Origin: Methanobacterium sp. | GTDB taxonomy: Archaea > Methanobacteriota > Methanobacteria > Methanobacteriales > Methanobacteriaceae | Direction: 5' to 3' | NCBI GenBank assembly: GCA_018263005.1 | Contig: JADFDH010000006.1 | Location: 6,384-70,383 of the forward strand | Length of the DNA stretch: 64,000 nucleotides | In this document: positions 29,147 through 40,630 of the stretch, in pieces | Position numbering within the stretch: the stretch's first letter is position 1 | How the letters are laid out: the number at the start of each line of letters is the position of its first letter | Made by a program: the position numbers and the translations under genes | The notes under the pieces: generated by a model | Told to the model about the DNA's origin: nothing | What the model saw: the letters and a program-made list of their open reading frames with translations, nothing else | The model's database searches: none

Positions 29147-29605
29147 CTACTGTGGTCTTCCTCTTCTTCTTCTGACCCCTACAGATGACCCTTTCCTGAA
29201 GGTGGATTTGGTTCTTTGACCCCTAACAGGTAATCCCACTTCATGTCTTCTTCCCTTGTAGCTTCTTATTTTCTTCATCCTGTTCAGGTCATCTCTCAGG
29301 CGCATCATTAAATCTGATTCAATCAGGTGGACTGTTTCACCTGTTTCATAATCGTTTCTTCTGTTTAACATCCATTCAGGGATATTATGTTGCTTTGGGT
29401 TTCTCACCGCTTCTTCAATTTCATTTATTTTATCATCTGATAAATATCCAATTTTCTGATTTAAGTCTAAACCCATTGATGAGCATATGGCTCCGGATAA
29501 TGCTATTCCCACGCCTCTTATATCTGCAAGTGCGTTTACCACTGGCTTGTTACCGTCGACGTCTCTTCTAGCAATACGGACCATGTGTTTGAATTCTTCT
29601 TCCAT
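29147..29605 (-). CDS. rps13: 30S ribosomal protein S13 (uS13)
   Basis: [21 protein letters not shown] pattern. Confidence 0.93.
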   Translation of the reverse strand: MEEEFKHMVRIARRDVDGNKPVVNALADIRGVGIALSGAICSSMGLDLNQKIGYLSDDKINEIEEAVRNPKQHNIPEWMLNRRNDYETGETVHLIESDLMMRLRDDLNRMKKIRSYKGRRHEVGLPVRGQRTKSTFRKGSSVGVRRRRGRPQ

Positions 29606-29775
29606 ACTATTATTCCTCCAATTAAGGCTCGAATCCTATTTTTAATATTATCATTCTATTTTTGAATTTTTTTTTGTTTATTATTGATTTTATCTTCCTT
29701 TGTTCATTTTCCCTATTAATTTTCATATTATTCTGGTAAATTTAAAGGAATTTCTTTTAATTTACGTTTTTATAA

Positions 29776-29864
<89 letters not shown>

Positions 29865-29980
29865 CAAGACAATTACAATCTTATAATGATATTAACTTTT
29901 TATCATTAATAATGGGCTTTTTTTAGTGAGTATAATACTCTCTAGTTTATGGGGGGAAGTTCTTACAAAGAGCGGTTTTT

Positions 29981-30943
29981 TTACTTCCACATCTTTGGAT
30001 ATGTTCCCGGTTCCATAAAAACTTTTTTTATATCTACCATGATATCTTTCTTTTTCTCCAGTATATCATGGCATTTATAGAGACTTTCTCCTGCTGCAAC
30101 CAGTTCATCTTTGAGTGTGAATAGTGCAACGGTAGATCCCTTCTCTATGTCGCTGCTCAGGGAGGTTATTCCTCCCGCAGCCAGATCAGCCCCATGAGCT
30201 ATGGCATCTACAGCAGAGTCCCTGATATATATTTTGGGAAGATGTGCTGCAGCCTGTTCCATGGGCATTACAACCTCACGTAATGGGGATTCATCTCCTT
30301 CCTCTTTCCATTCATGGTAAGCATCAGTGAGATCCTGCAGATTCTTAAGGGTTTCATCCTCTTGGAAGGGACCTACCCTGGTTCTGCGCAGCTCAGCCAT
30401 ATGAGCACCGCATCCTAGGGCTTCCCCTATATCATGGCAATACTTCCGGATATAGGTGCCTGCTTCACAGCCTATGGTGAAAAGAACTTCCTGTCCTTCC
30501 AGTTCTAATAGGTGTACGTAGTATATTTTACGTACCCGAAGCTCCCTTTTAACCGCTGATTTTACTGGTGGTGTTTGGAATATTTTTCCCTGAAATTCCC
30601 GGAGTATCTCTGCTATACGGCAATCTTCAACTTCCTCATGGAGTCTCATGAGACAGACGTATTCTTTTGGTGCTTCCAGGAGAAGATGTATAACCCTGGT
30701 GGCCTGATCAATTCCAATAGGAAGTACACCGGTAACCCGAGGATCTAGTGTTCCCCCGTGGCCGGTTTTATCAGCGGATAGTATTCTTTTAACCCAGGAA
30801 TCAACTTCATGGGAAGTGGGGCCTGATGGCTTATCCAGGTTGATAACACCCTTGGATATATGCTCATCTATAGGTCTTTTATTTGGTGAACATCCGAATT
30901 TGGGATCTGTTTCACCTTCTGCCTTATGAAGCAGTTCAACCAT
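29981..30943 (-). CDS. truB: tRNA/rRNA pseudouridine synthase Cbf5 (TruB family, H/ACA RNP catalytic subunit) with PUA domain
   Basis: Catalytic motif GHGGTLDPRVTGVLPIG. The length and C-terminal PUA-like region fit Cbf5. Confidence 0.9.
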   Translation of the reverse strand: MVELLHKAEGETDPKFGCSPNKRPIDEHISKGVINLDKPSGPTSHEVDSWVKRILSADKTGHGGTLDPRVTGVLPIGIDQATRVIHLLLEAPKEYVCLMRLHEEVEDCRIAEILREFQGKIFQTPPVKSAVKRELRVRKIYYVHLLELEGQEVLFTIGCEAGTYIRKYCHDIGEALGCGAHMAELRRTRVGPFQEDETLKNLQDLTDAYHEWKEEGDESPLREVVMPMEQAAAHLPKIYIRDSAVDAIAHGADLAAGGITSLSSDIEKGSTVALFTLKDELVAAGESLYKCHDILEKKKDIMVDIKKVFMEPGTYPKMWK

Positions 30944-31044
30944 CGATAAAACCCATCATTTACTTTTTGTTTAGGATTTTAAAAAATTATGAAATCCATT
31001 AAGAATTATTGTTATCTATTAGTGATTTTTTGGAATCTAAGACT

Positions 31045-31275
31045 TTATGCTATAGCAGCCTGCAGATCCTTTTTAATCTGTTCTATATCCTCTGATTTTA
31101 TCTCTATCGTCTGATCTACAGGTTCTAAATGCTTAATATTACATCTTCTATTTTTTATAGAATCACCTACAATTTCTACGAATTTATCATCGATAATCTC
31201 TATAATAACGCATTTTTCACCTGCTTCTCTACCTGCGATCTTTACACATACTCTTCCAACTTCTATTGCTGGCAT
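31045..31275 (-). CDS. rpl14e: 50S ribosomal protein L14e
   Basis: MPAIEVGRVCVKIAGREAG KOW-type N-terminus. Confidence 0.88.
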   Translation of the reverse strand: MPAIEVGRVCVKIAGREAGEKCVIIEIIDDKFVEIVGDSIKNRRCNIKHLEPVDQTIEIKSEDIEQIKKDLQAAIA

Positions 31276-31356
31276 TTAATTCACCTCAACCTATTTTTTT
31301 CTTAATTGAATTGTTAAAATTTATTTTAAACTTTTGCCCTATATTTTATGGGGCAC

Positions 31357-31875
31357 TTAAATTTCTTCTGTTGCTTTTAATATGATATTGGCTATACTTT
31401 CCGGGTTGAAACTATCGGTGTTTATGATGAGATCATAGATGTCCAGATTATTTATGTCGATGTTGTGTATTTCCCGATATCTTTTAGCCTCACTTTCTCC
31501 CCTTTCTATAATCTCCTTTTTCACCACATCTGAATGTTTGTTTTCTCTGTGGCTTATTCTTCTAGCTCGAACATTTAAAGGGGCTATGAAGCATATTTTG
31601 ATATCTGCATCTATGAAATAGGCGGATAGTCTACCTTCCACTATCAGATCATCTTTTTCACTGGCAATCTGCGCCTGTCTCTGGTCTATCTCATCATCTA
31701 TCTTAGTGTTTGATTCCGCGTATTTACTGAAATCCAGTATATCCATCTTATGTTCATGAGCCATCTGGCGAAATATATCCCCTGCTGAAATATATGGAAT
31801 TCCCATTTTTTCTGAGAGGATTTTCGAGGCGGTGGTGGTACCGCTTCCTGCGAGTCCGCCGATGGTTATGATCAT
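31357..31875 (-). CDS. cmk: cytidylate kinase (archaeal type)
   Basis: P-loop IITIGGLAGSGTTT and operon position. Confidence 0.85.
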   Translation of the reverse strand: MIITIGGLAGSGTTTASKILSEKMGIPYISAGDIFRQMAHEHKMDILDFSKYAESNTKIDDEIDQRQAQIASEKDDLIVEGRLSAYFIDADIKICFIAPLNVRARRISHRENKHSDVVKKEIIERGESEAKRYREIHNIDINNLDIYDLIINTDSFNPESIANIILKATEEI

Positions 31876-32141
31876 CAGGATCTGGCCTCTTTCTTAAACA
31901 CATCACGGGAGCATTCTGAGCACAGATACCCACCGTATGGTCGGTTTGGCCTTTTCTTTGTTTTAGAAAGTTTTCTTATTTGATATGGTCTTCCTCGGGG
32001 GACTGAATGCAGTATTTTTCCGCAGTTAGCACATGTGTGCTTGGAGGGTTTTTTCTTCTTGTAATGTAATACTGTTTTGCCTCCGGGGGTTTTCTTAAAG
32101 GTTCTCTTATAAGATCTTGATCTGTATCTTAACTGTGGCAT
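31875..32141 (-). CDS. rpl34e: 50S ribosomal protein L34e
   Basis: RYRSRSYKR...CANCGK...CSEC zinc-ribbon pattern. Confidence 0.9.
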   Translation of the reverse strand: MPQLRYRSRSYKRTFKKTPGGKTVLHYKKKKPSKHTCANCGKILHSVPRGRPYQIRKLSKTKKRPNRPYGGYLCSECSRDVFKKEARS

Positions 32142-32243
32142 GTTATTTTTTCTCCTAAAGATTTAATTTTTTCTTATTTTAATATTATATTAATTTGATG
32201 ATGCTTACATCCATGATTATAAATCTCTCTTAATTTAATGGGT

Positions 32244-32840
32244 TTACATTCCCCCGCCTTTTATTCCCAGAAACTTCCTGAACACCATGGACATGGCAAA
32301 TGAGGATAAAATATACCAGCCCAGCCATCCTATGGTGGCGAAGGGAGTTACCGCACCAACGGGGTAAAACATGGTGGCTATCCATTGGAAAAACGGCACC
32401 AGAAACAGGTAATAACCAAAGGTTGGTAATTGTACATAAAATGATCCGATAAGTGGGTTTCCAGACATCCAGTAGAATACGATTATGATGGGTACGAAGG
32501 TCACTATCATTGGTTTGAAGGAGTTGAACATCATTTCCTTCTGTATATCCATGAATTTAGACTGTTTTTTTTGCATCTCAGCCATTAATTTAGGATCACC
32601 AGATTTCTGGGCCTTCATCATCTCCTGCTGGTACTCTTTCATCTCCTTCTGCAGGTACTGCAGACGATCCTGGTCTACTAATAATTTATTAGCCAGTGTA
32701 ATTAAAAAGGCCACTATGGTGGCGATGATGAACACTCCGAAAATAGCCCCGAACATGGGATTGTTAGGATCATTCACTAAAGTAAGTAAAGGGTCTAATA
32801 TTGGATTTAATATTGGATTTAGAAAGTCAAAGCCTGCCAT
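32244..32840 (-). CDS. DUF106-family membrane protein (archaeal YidC/Oxa1/EMC3-like insertase candidate)
   Basis: Three transmembrane segments flank a K/E/Q/M-rich coiled region (QYLQKEMKEYQQEMMKAQKSGD). It holds the conserved slot between adk and rpl34e. Confidence 0.75.
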   Translation of the reverse strand: MAGFDFLNPILNPILDPLLTLVNDPNNPMFGAIFGVFIIATIVAFLITLANKLLVDQDRLQYLQKEMKEYQQEMMKAQKSGDPKLMAEMQKKQSKFMDIQKEMMFNSFKPMIVTFVPIIIVFYWMSGNPLIGSFYVQLPTFGYYLFLVPFFQWIATMFYPVGAVTPFATIGWLGWYILSSFAMSMVFRKFLGIKGGGM

Positions 32841-32959
32841 TTTATTATTTCCTCATCTTTTATATTTTGAATACATGAATATTTTATTTATAAGGTTTTC
32901 AATCATCTCTGGGATGTAAATATATCTATAGTTTCAATCATCTCGGGGTATATAATAAT

Positions 32960-33517
32960 TCATTTTAAGGTTTCAAACATCTCTTGGGTAGTATCATCGA
33001 GTTGGTTATCATGATTTTCTATTATCTGGACTGTGGCACCAGTCATGGCTGCATAGGCCATGGAGACTGATCGGTTCATCTGCTGATGTAAATCTATATC
33101 CTTCAACTTCTCCATATCCCTGGTTCTGGTCTTATCACTAATTCTCCTCAGTAATATCTCCTCAGCATCGGCTTCTATGAGTACGAACTGATCCACTTGC
33201 AGTTCTTCCAACACCCAAGGAGGTAGTCCGGGTAGGAAACCATGTGGTGTTTTAATAGTGCAGTGGGTGTCCACGATTATATTATTTTCCTCGGACATTT
33301 CTCTAATGCTTTTAGCTGCTTCCCTTTGAACTTCTTTCTGCACATCAGGGGAGAGTTTCCTCATGGAGTCTCTGTTTTCTACTAAATTCATTTTCTGAGC
33401 TATCTCCAACATCACATCCCCATAATTAACATGTACATAATCGAGGTTTACCAGGGCCCCTTTAAGAACCGTGGTGCTTCCTGAACCTGGAATTCCAGCG
33501 ACTACTACCACTCTCAT
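32960..33517 (-). CDS. adkA: adenylate kinase (archaeal type)
   Basis: P-loop VAGIPGSGSTT. The start is set at MRVVVV (ATG 33517), 4 nt after GGGTGA. Confidence 0.88.
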   Translation of the reverse strand: MRVVVVAGIPGSGSTTVLKGALVNLDYVHVNYGDVMLEIAQKMNLVENRDSMRKLSPDVQKEVQREAAKSIREMSEENNIIVDTHCTIKTPHGFLPGLPPWVLEELQVDQFVLIEADAEEILLRRISDKTRTRDMEKLKDIDLHQQMNRSVSMAYAAMTGATVQIIENHDNQLDDTTQEMFETLK

Positions 33518-33591
33518 ATTTTCACCCATTATTTCTTATTGTTTTTATTATTATCCTGTAATTTTATCTTTTTTTTGATTTTTATTATGCA

Positions 33592-34941
33592 TTAGTCACC
33601 TAAGAATCTTCTAAGCATGGGGTGCATGTCCATCAGTTGTTCCTGGGCTATTTCTTCATATAATTTATACACAATACCCACAGTTAGCAGCACACCAGTA
33701 CCTCCACCTAGAGCTCCGGTTAAATCCGCTCCAAATGCCAGAAGACCAACGAAGGCCCCTCCCATTATGGTTATGGCTGGTATGTACTTTTTTAGGATCC
33801 TTTCAAACTGACCCCGGTTACTTCTGAAACCCGGTATCTGCATACCCATCTGATATAATTGTTTGGATACCTGTTTAGGCCCTATTCCACTGAGTTCAAC
33901 CCATAACCAGGCAAATAATATACAGATGCCAACGAATACCACGGCATAGAATAACACTTGCAGAGGGTTGGTGAAGATCATGCTTAAGGTGGGTGTGGTT
34001 AACCATAATGCCAGGCCACTTACTGCTTTTCCATTGGAATATGTTCCGAATATGGGGATTCCCAGTTTCTGAAACAGTGTGGCAAATAGTTGCACGTTCA
34101 AGAGAAGTGCGCTGGCTAATATAACAGGCATATTACTGGCATAGATGAATTTAAGTGGATATTTCCCCCGTGCACCTTTAACACCACCATATGATAGTGG
34201 TATCTCCACACGCATACTTTCCGCATATACCACCACCAGAAACACTACTATTACCGCGAATACCGGTATGAGCAGAGAGAAATCTGGTTGACTGGTGGTT
34301 AAAGTGTATATGAAATGCGGTATAGCTCCTGAAGGTACTCCTGGGGATGTGGGTGAGGATAGGAAGTTGAATGATCCAACTACAATAGTCTGGGCTACTC
34401 CTGCTGCGATGAATAGTCCTACACCACTGCCGAATCCCCATTTGGATACCACTTCATCGAGGAAGATTATTAAAATTCCTCCGATGGTTATCTGTAATAT
34501 GAGTATCCAAACTAACTCGGGTGAAGATGGAGATAGAGCACCGGTTAGTACCAGTACCGCACCCTCAAAAACTGTGAATATTATGGCCAGTAATTTCTGG
34601 GTTCCCTGGAATATTACTTTATCCCGGGGCTGGGAGAGATCCAGTTTTATGATCTTACCCCCCACCAGTAATTGTAATATGATGGAAGCTGAAACTATGG
34701 GACCTATACCTAGGGTAATGATTGATCCGAAGCTCCCTGCTAAAACAGCCCTTAATGCTGCGAATTGATCTACAGCTGTTGCGCTTAGACCAAATAATGC
34801 AACTTGTCCTAATATGAAGTAAAGAATCAGTATTATTCCTGTCCATTTGAGTTTTTCTTTGAAAGGAACTCTATAAGTTGGTGATCCTACCTGAGGAAGC
34901 AGGGTAAATATGGGTTCCAGTTTTTCAATCAATGATTTCAC
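33592..34941 (-). CDS. secY: preprotein translocase subunit SecY
   Basis: Ten-TM profile and operon position after rpl15. Confidence 0.93.
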   Translation of the reverse strand: MKSLIEKLEPIFTLLPQVGSPTYRVPFKEKLKWTGIILILYFILGQVALFGLSATAVDQFAALRAVLAGSFGSIITLGIGPIVSASIILQLLVGGKIIKLDLSQPRDKVIFQGTQKLLAIIFTVFEGAVLVLTGALSPSSPELVWILILQITIGGILIIFLDEVVSKWGFGSGVGLFIAAGVAQTIVVGSFNFLSSPTSPGVPSGAIPHFIYTLTTSQPDFSLLIPVFAVIVVFLVVVYAESMRVEIPLSYGGVKGARGKYPLKFIYASNMPVILASALLLNVQLFATLFQKLGIPIFGTYSNGKAVSGLALWLTTPTLSMIFTNPLQVLFYAVVFVGICILFAWLWVELSGIGPKQVSKQLYQMGMQIPGFRSNRGQFERILKKYIPAITIMGGAFVGLLAFGADLTGALGGGTGVLLTVGIVYKLYEEIAQEQLMDMHPMLRRFLGD

Positions 34942-35004
34942 TCCTTAAGACTTTACTATTCTGCGTAACAATTATATTTTTAGGGCTTTCTGAATTTAGA
35001 AATT

Positions 35005-35442
35005 TTAAATTATTGATGCTTCTCCTCCGGCATCTTCAATCTTCTTGATGGCACTTTGGGAGAATTTTGGTGATCTAATCACCAGGGATCTGGTTAATCT
35101 GCCTTTACCCAATACCTTGTTGTAACCCATCTTGGTAACATCCACTAAAATTTTTCCGTTTTCTTCACTGGCCAGACCCTTTTTGAGTAAATCATCGAGT
35201 TTTTCATCCAGGAAGTCTAAATTTATGGGTTTGAATTTGTATATGGTCTTCTGGGGTCTTTTGAAACCATATTTTCCATAATGATCAGGATCGTATTTGA
35301 CTATCCAGGACCACATATGCTTATGGCCTCCGGCCATTCCTCTTCCACCACGGTGTCCTGCTCCTCTTCTTTTCTTAGAACAACCTCCACCTATGGTTCG
35401 TGATCCGCGCATTTTCCTTATTTTCCGTGTTCTTCTTATCAT
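35005..35442 (-). CDS. rpl15: 50S ribosomal protein L15 (uL15)
   Basis: MIRRTRKIRKMRGSRTIGGG start. The longer ORF-track N-terminus is AT-rich spacer. Confidence 0.9.
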   Translation of the reverse strand: MIRRTRKIRKMRGSRTIGGGCSKKRRGAGHRGGRGMAGGHKHMWSWIVKYDPDHYGKYGFKRPQKTIYKFKPINLDFLDEKLDDLLKKGLASEENGKILVDVTKMGYNKVLGKGRLTRSLVIRSPKFSQSAIKKIEDAGGEASII

Positions 35443-35578
35443 GTAATCAACCTTCAATATGATTATATTAGCTTGAATTTTTTTAGGGATTTTATATAAT
35501 ATTAGGGGATGTTTATTGATCTTAGGGATGTTAATATGATCTTCATATTTTTTGATCAACCTTTTTTAAAAGGTTGAT

Positions 35579-36034
35579 CTATAACATCTTATTGATCAGG
35601 CCCTCTATGCTTTCTCCCCTGTATCCTAAACTTCCGTCTTCATTATAGGCTTTTTTGATATTTTTAAATCCTTTTCGGGGTGGGTGTAATCTGAAGACTG
35701 GTTTTATTCCTGATTCTTCCAGACTTGCACCTTCTAGAACTGCCTGGGATAGGTCTTCTATGGATTGGTAACTGGTTTTTTCTTTCAGATACTCGTCTGT
35801 AACCTTTGAACCTCCAGGTAATGTTCCTCTTTTGGATATCATTTTAACCAGGGTTTCTTTATTTATCTCTCCCCAGGTTATGTAATCTTTTGCCTTCTGG
35901 AGCATTCCCTGATAGCTGGGGTTTTCTTCGATTATTACGGCGTGGTTTATCCTATTCAGCCGTAACATTTTCATAGTATCCGTTATGTCCCCCTTAACAC
36001 CAGTTCTACCCCTTACTCTAATGGCTGCAATCAT
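35579..36034 (-). CDS. rpl30: 50S ribosomal protein L30 (uL30)
   Basis: [12 protein letters not shown]...TMKMLRLNR pattern. Confidence 0.92.
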   Translation of the reverse strand: MIAAIRVRGRTGVKGDITDTMKMLRLNRINHAVIIEENPSYQGMLQKAKDYITWGEINKETLVKMISKRGTLPGGSKVTDEYLKEKTSYQSIEDLSQAVLEGASLEESGIKPVFRLHPPRKGFKNIKKAYNEDGSLGYRGESIEGLINKML

Positions 36035-36077
36035 TTATTATCACCTTAATATTTACTAATCTTAGGTGGAGAGAATA

Positions 36078-36725
36078 CTAATCTGCGCATTCCACTCCCA
36101 GATTTTTAAGATCTGATTTCTTGGCCTTGACTTTGCTTAACTGTTTTAATGCTTCGAAAACAGCTCCTGCGAAGTTTATAGTGGTTTGGGTTTGTCCTCT
36201 GGTTTCGGACCATAAGTCATCTATACCTGCTAGTTTTAATATGGTTTTACCCACATCTCCTATGGCCAATCCAACTCCTCCTGGTGCTGGTATGAGGGTT
36301 ACCCTTACGCTTCCTATTTTACCTTCCACTTTAAATGGTACGGTGTGTTCTTTTCCACAGACGCATCCCCAGTCTCCGCATCCTCTGCGTACCTTTATTA
36401 TATTATATTTAGCATCGTCAACTGCTTTTCTAATGGCCGGGCCTACTTCCTTAGCTTTACCCTGTCCCAAGCCTACGTACCCGTTTTTATTACCAACAGC
36501 TACAATGACTCGGAAATTCACTTTTCTACCTGATTTATGCATTCTCTGCACCAGGTTAACATCCATTACTTCTTCTTCCAGATCGGGTAATAGGGTGTTT
36601 ATTATTTCCAATTCCATTATAGGAAGGCCTCGGTCGAATATCTCATCGATATCACTGATGGTGCCTTCCTTAACCAAACGTCCTAGGTTGGTTTTTGGCT
36701 CCCATTCCTGCATATCATTGTTCAT
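36078..36725 (-). CDS. rps5: 30S ribosomal protein S5 (uS5)
   Basis: [14 protein letters not shown] and [17 protein letters not shown]. Confidence 0.93.
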   Translation of the reverse strand: MNNDMQEWEPKTNLGRLVKEGTISDIDEIFDRGLPIMELEIINTLLPDLEEEVMDVNLVQRMHKSGRKVNFRVIVAVGNKNGYVGLGQGKAKEVGPAIRKAVDDAKYNIIKVRRGCGDWGCVCGKEHTVPFKVEGKIGSVRVTLIPAPGGVGLAIGDVGKTILKLAGIDDLWSETRGQTQTTINFAGAVFEALKQLSKVKAKKSDLKNLGVECAD

Positions 36726-37303
36726 GATGATTCCTCTTTAATCTTTTCTTTAATGGTTTTGAAGTGATCAGGGAGATCTGAAGGTTGAAGTCCCCTTTCT
36801 AAATATTGTGAAAACTTTTTACTTACCTGGGTATCGTTTAAGGTTTGACTGTAATTTGCTATGTGTTCTCCGTTTATTCTGTCTTCTTCTGGTAAGATGC
36901 TTTCATTATATGGTACATCTAATCCGGCGTCCACTGCGCCTTTAAGTACTGCGTATATTTTAGATCCTTTGAGTGATGATTTAAGACCAATGTCCAGGGT
37001 AGCTTCGTTTATTTCATTATTTAATGCCCGTTTCCCGCATAAAAATCCGGTGAGATATGCGGCGGAGGTGTTTTTTCCCCCTGCTTTCCAGCCTAATTTT
37101 TCTAATTCCTTGGAATTGGCCGATGCCAGGGTTTCATCTCCTTCATTGTTTATCTTAATTATTTGGGCGGTTATATGTTTATTAGAAATCCTTACGACCA
37201 TCCTGGGCTTATCCATTGTGGTTAGCTTTAATCTGGCTTTATAATTTGTTTTTCCTTGTTTTCTTCTTTTAAATGCCAATTTATATCTTGATCCGTGTGC
37301 CAT
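36722..37303 (-). CDS. rpl18: 50S ribosomal protein L18 (uL18)
   Basis: [18 protein letters not shown]-terminus. It overlaps rps5 by 4 nt. Confidence 0.93.
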   Translation of the reverse strand: MAHGSRYKLAFKRRKQGKTNYKARLKLTTMDKPRMVVRISNKHITAQIIKINNEGDETLASANSKELEKLGWKAGGKNTSAAYLTGFLCGKRALNNEINEATLDIGLKSSLKGSKIYAVLKGAVDAGLDVPYNESILPEEDRINGEHIANYSQTLNDTQVSKKFSQYLERGLQPSDLPDHFKTIKEKIKEESS

Positions 37304-37315
37304 AATATTCCCCCA

Positions 37316-37762
37316 TTATCTGAGAAGGTCATGATCCCGAGCATAGGTTTTCATATATGATTTACTTCGGAATGCGCCACCTTTAGCCATTTTATAAAGC
37401 TTACGATAAGTGGTTTTATTTATATCCCTGTTATCTCTCATATCCTTCAAATCTTTTCTCAGTGCTCTTATGGTAGTCATCCAAGCTTTCTTCTTAGGGT
37501 TTCTTGCCCCTTTAGCTCCTTTTATACTACCGCGTCCTTTTCTTCTTCCTTTCTTTTTCTGTTGTGCGATCTTCTTAGATCGGTAGCTGCTAATCCCTTT
37601 TTTTGGTTTAGCCTTAATAACTCCGTTATTAATTAGTTGCTTAACTCCTTCTCTGGTTATAGCCCGTGATACTTCTTCAGTATTTTCCGGATCTATCCAA
37701 ACCCGATTTACTCCGACCTTGAGAATATCTGCAGCTAATCTTTTTTGAGTAGTAAGATTCAT
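37316..37762 (-). CDS. rpl19e: 50S ribosomal protein L19e
   Basis: MNLTTQKRLAADILKVG start, behind a GGGAGG SD. Confidence 0.9.
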   Translation of the reverse strand: MNLTTQKRLAADILKVGVNRVWIDPENTEEVSRAITREGVKQLINNGVIKAKPKKGISSYRSKKIAQQKKKGRRKGRGSIKGAKGARNPKKKAWMTTIRALRKDLKDMRDNRDINKTTYRKLYKMAKGGAFRSKSYMKTYARDHDLLR

Positions 37763-37926
37763 TAAAAACCTCCCTGAAACAACCAATTTTTTTATGGCTG
37801 TTTATTTTTTATGATATAATCCAAAATCTAAAAAACACGTGTTTCTATGATTATTGGATTTGAAATGCGCCCTGAAATCTTGATTCCATGCACATGTTAT
37901 ATTAATATGGATTAATCCATATCTGA

Positions 37927-38262
37927 TTATAATTCCTTGTTTAAAATCTTAATTCCTAATTCTGATGCTTTTTCGAGGATTATTTCTTTTTTCCGTTTTC
38001 CTACGGTGGAACTAATCCTGCCGGCCTGGGTTTCCGGGTCTAAATTTTCTAATTCCTTAATATTAGAAACCAATACATCTTGGTATCCTGATGGATGTAA
38101 ACCTCTCGTTGCTTTTGGAGATCCGTAACCTATAGATGGCATGGCTGGTTTTCTTGCTTCATACCTTCTTCGTTTACTGGTTTTTCCCCGGGCTTTCCTC
38201 CATTTATCTCCCAGTTTCTTGTATCTGTGCCATTCCTGACGTTTAAAATGTGGTTTTTTCAT
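37927..38262 (-). CDS. rpl32e: 50S ribosomal protein L32e
   Basis: [18 protein letters not shown] start, behind AAGGAGTGA. The ORF-track GTG start overlaps that SD. Confidence 0.9.
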   Translation of the reverse strand: MKKPHFKRQEWHRYKKLGDKWRKARGKTSKRRRYEARKPAMPSIGYGSPKATRGLHPSGYQDVLVSNIKELENLDPETQAGRISSTVGKRKKEIILEKASELGIKILNKEL

Positions 38263-38273
38263 TATGGTCACCT

Positions 38274-38807
38274 TCACTCCTTACTGATCAGGTATATTCC
38301 GTCCTGGAATACCCTGGGATCTCTGCCCTTAATTTTAGTGGCCTGTTCTATATTGGCCATGGTTTGACCCACATCTTCCTTATTGATCCCTTCCACGATA
38401 ACTTCATCACCGTTTACTTTGACCTTGGTTTCGCCTAATACTTTGGCTGTACGGGGGTGTCTTTCACCCAGGAAGTTATCAATGGTTACCCGGTCACTGG
38501 ATACTTTAACGGTCATGGGAAAGTGAGCGTATACTATTTTCATTTTATAAATAAAACCATCGGTTAATCCCTTGATCATATTAGTTAGATGGGATTTTAT
38601 AGTGCCTAACATGGCTTTATCCCTTTTTTTAGGGAAAGGTGCTTCTAAAATTATTTTTCCATCTTCGGCGCTGATTTTGATATTTCGGCTTTTAAATTTC
38701 CTTTTGAGTTCACCCTTTGAACCGGTTACCACTACTTCATCCTGTATGGTGACCTTTATCCCCTCTGGTATGGGGATTTCATCTCTGATACTTGCTAATT
38801 GAGCCAT
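38274..38807 (-). CDS. rpl6: 50S ribosomal protein L6 (uL6)
   Basis: Start at [19 protein letters not shown], just after the rps8 stop. Confidence 0.92.
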   Translation of the reverse strand: MAQLASIRDEIPIPEGIKVTIQDEVVVTGSKGELKRKFKSRNIKISAEDGKIILEAPFPKKRDKAMLGTIKSHLTNMIKGLTDGFIYKMKIVYAHFPMTVKVSSDRVTIDNFLGERHPRTAKVLGETKVKVNGDEVIVEGINKEDVGQTMANIEQATKIKGRDPRVFQDGIYLISKE

Positions 38808-38817
38808 ATTAATCACC

Positions 38818-39210
38818 TTAGTAAATGTAAGCCAGAAGCCTGCCACCAATTCCCTTTTCTTTAGCATCTTTATGGGTCATTATTCCTTCGGGTGTGGTCA
38901 TTATTATTATTCCGAAGTTTTTAGAGGGCAGATATCTTTTTTCAAATCGTTCAAATTCGTCTTTTTTCACGGCGTGTCTGGGTTTTATTACACCGCATTT
39001 GTTTATGTTTCCTTCGAGTTCCACTATGAATTGGCCTGCCTTTCCATCGTCTACGAACTCGAATTCACCTATATATTCTTCCTTCTGCATGGTTCTTAGA
39101 ACATGCCCGATCATTTTTGATGCGGGGGTGATTTTGCATCTGTTGTTTCCCTGCATTTCATTGTTTCGCATGTTGGTAAGAGCGTCTGCCAGAGGATCCA
39201 TGAGAGTCAA
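38818..39210 (-). CDS. rps8: 30S ribosomal protein S8 (uS8)
   Basis: MDPLADALTNMRNNE N-terminus. Confidence 0.93.
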   Translation of the reverse strand: MTLMDPLADALTNMRNNEMQGNNRCKITPASKMIGHVLRTMQKEEYIGEFEFVDDGKAGQFIVELEGNINKCGVIKPRHAVKKDEFERFEKRYLPSKNFGIIIMTTPEGIMTHKDAKEKGIGGRLLAYIY

Positions 39211-39222
39211 ATTTATTCACCT

Positions 39223-39366
39223 CTAATTATATTTTTTAAATCCAATTTTTGATGCAAGTTCTCTGAAGCATTGTCTGCATAACATAAGCCCGTATCTTCT
39301 TACCAGGGCAGAGTGATCCCCACATCTTCTGCATTTTCTTGATGCCTTTCCGTATTTTCTTGGCAA
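39223..39366 (-). CDS. rps14: 30S ribosomal protein S14 type Z (uS14), 47 aa, TTG start (below the ORF-track cutoff)
   Basis: Hand translation gives (M)[46 protein letters not shown]. It has the CxxC...CxxC zinc motif and AAGGTGA lies 4 nt upstream of the TTG. Confidence 0.88.
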   Translation of the reverse strand: MPRKYGKASRKCRRCGDHSALVRRYGLMLCRQCFRELASKIGFKKYN

Positions 39367-39393
39367 TTTATCACCTTTAATTATTTTGGGTTA

Positions 39394-39900
39394 CTATTCC
39401 ACCTTAATCTTAAATTTTTCCTGCATAAACACCTTGGTCTCTTCTGATGTGACCTGATGTTTTTGGGGAATCTTTCTTTGTTGAATTTTCCTTCTCTTTA
39501 TTCTGTAACCGGGTTTTTCAAAGGTAACTGAAACATTCATTCCAAATATACCAATATCAGGATCGTAACGCATCCCCGGGATATCGATGTGTTCTTCTAT
39601 TCCAAAAGAAACATTACCCTGTTTATCGAATTTTTTGGATTCTAATTTATTACCTATACCGTTTAGAATGAGTTTTATGGCTTCATCTGCTTTTTGATCA
39701 CGTAATGTGACTTTACAGGCTATGGGCTGGCCTTTCCGTATACCAAATTCTGGATTGGTTACTTTGGAATAGGTTCTGACAGGTTTTTGATCGGTTATAC
39801 TGTTTAGTAATTTCTCTGCCCGGGCCAGCTTCTCTCCACCTTCACCTACTCCTATGTTTATGGTGGCCTTGGCTATTTTCACTTCTTCCATGGGATTCAT
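39394..39900 (-). CDS. rpl5: 50S ribosomal protein L5 (uL5)
   Basis: [17 protein letters not shown] pattern. Confidence 0.93.
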   Translation of the reverse strand: MNPMEEVKIAKATINIGVGEGGEKLARAEKLLNSITDQKPVRTYSKVTNPEFGIRKGQPIACKVTLRDQKADEAIKLILNGIGNKLESKKFDKQGNVSFGIEEHIDIPGMRYDPDIGIFGMNVSVTFEKPGYRIKRRKIQQRKIPQKHQVTSEETKVFMQEKFKIKVE

Positions 39901-40628
39901 TATTTACCCCCGGGAAGTGTTATCATTGGTTTTTCTTTACCTAAAACAAAAACATAATCTTTAAGGGTTTGGAATGTTTTTCCATCTGCGGTTTCTATTA
40001 CCACCGTGTTGGGCATGGATGATTTGGTGATGGTTATTTCCTTTATATTACCCCTTTCACCTATGTGTTTTCCGCCGATTACCAGACCTAAAGATCCGCT
40101 TTCAAATTTTATGTGATCTTCAATTTCCTGTTCTGGAACTTTGAGTTTCAACACATCAGCTGTTTTATAATCATCCTCAGTCAGACAGTTCCTGCCGTCA
40201 TGAAGGTTTAATTGAGTTTTAGCGTCTTTGATTATGGTTTTATCCTCGATTCGGCATAATTTGAATTCCTTGTTTTCCGCTGATATGGGGTACATTATGA
40301 GTTTTCCTTTTTCATCAGGGAGTACACGGTATACTTTACCTGACTTGGGGATTTCAATAACGTCCATGAACCCTATTGGGAACTTATAATCTTTTCTTGG
40401 TCGGCCGTCAACCAGGATATCTCCTTTGTTGATGATTATCTTGGCTTCCCTGGCATTATCCGCTATTTCAAGAATGTCCCTTACAACTATCAGGAGGGGC
40501 ATGGATTTATCCAGGGCATGGGAACCTGCGCTGGTTTTAACTGTCCATTTATATTCTTTAGGATGTATTGGCCAGTTTTCTGGTGCCTTATAACGTTTTA
40601 AATGTTTTCTTGAACCCATTTTAGCCAT
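39900..40628 (-). CDS. rps4e: 30S ribosomal protein S4e (eS4)
   Basis: [18 protein letters not shown]-terminus. Confidence 0.93.
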   Translation of the reverse strand: MAKMGSRKHLKRYKAPENWPIHPKEYKWTVKTSAGSHALDKSMPLLIVVRDILEIADNAREAKIIINKGDILVDGRPRKDYKFPIGFMDVIEIPKSGKVYRVLPDEKGKLIMYPISAENKEFKLCRIEDKTIIKDAKTQLNLHDGRNCLTEDDYKTADVLKLKVPEQEIEDHIKFESGSLGLVIGGKHIGERGNIKEITITKSSMPNTVVIETADGKTFQTLKDYVFVLGKEKPMITLPGGK

Positions 40629-40630
40629 AT

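Noticed and set aside
36121-36741. The 206-aa antisense ORF across rps5, and similar long antisense ORFs in rpl14/rps17 (41049-41528), rps3 (42794-43343), pycA (49905-51315), secY, eno, DUF2070 (61641-62147) and others.
   Set aside because: The opposite strand encodes universally conserved proteins. These are frame shadows. The rps3 ones are generated by the 33-bp repeat.
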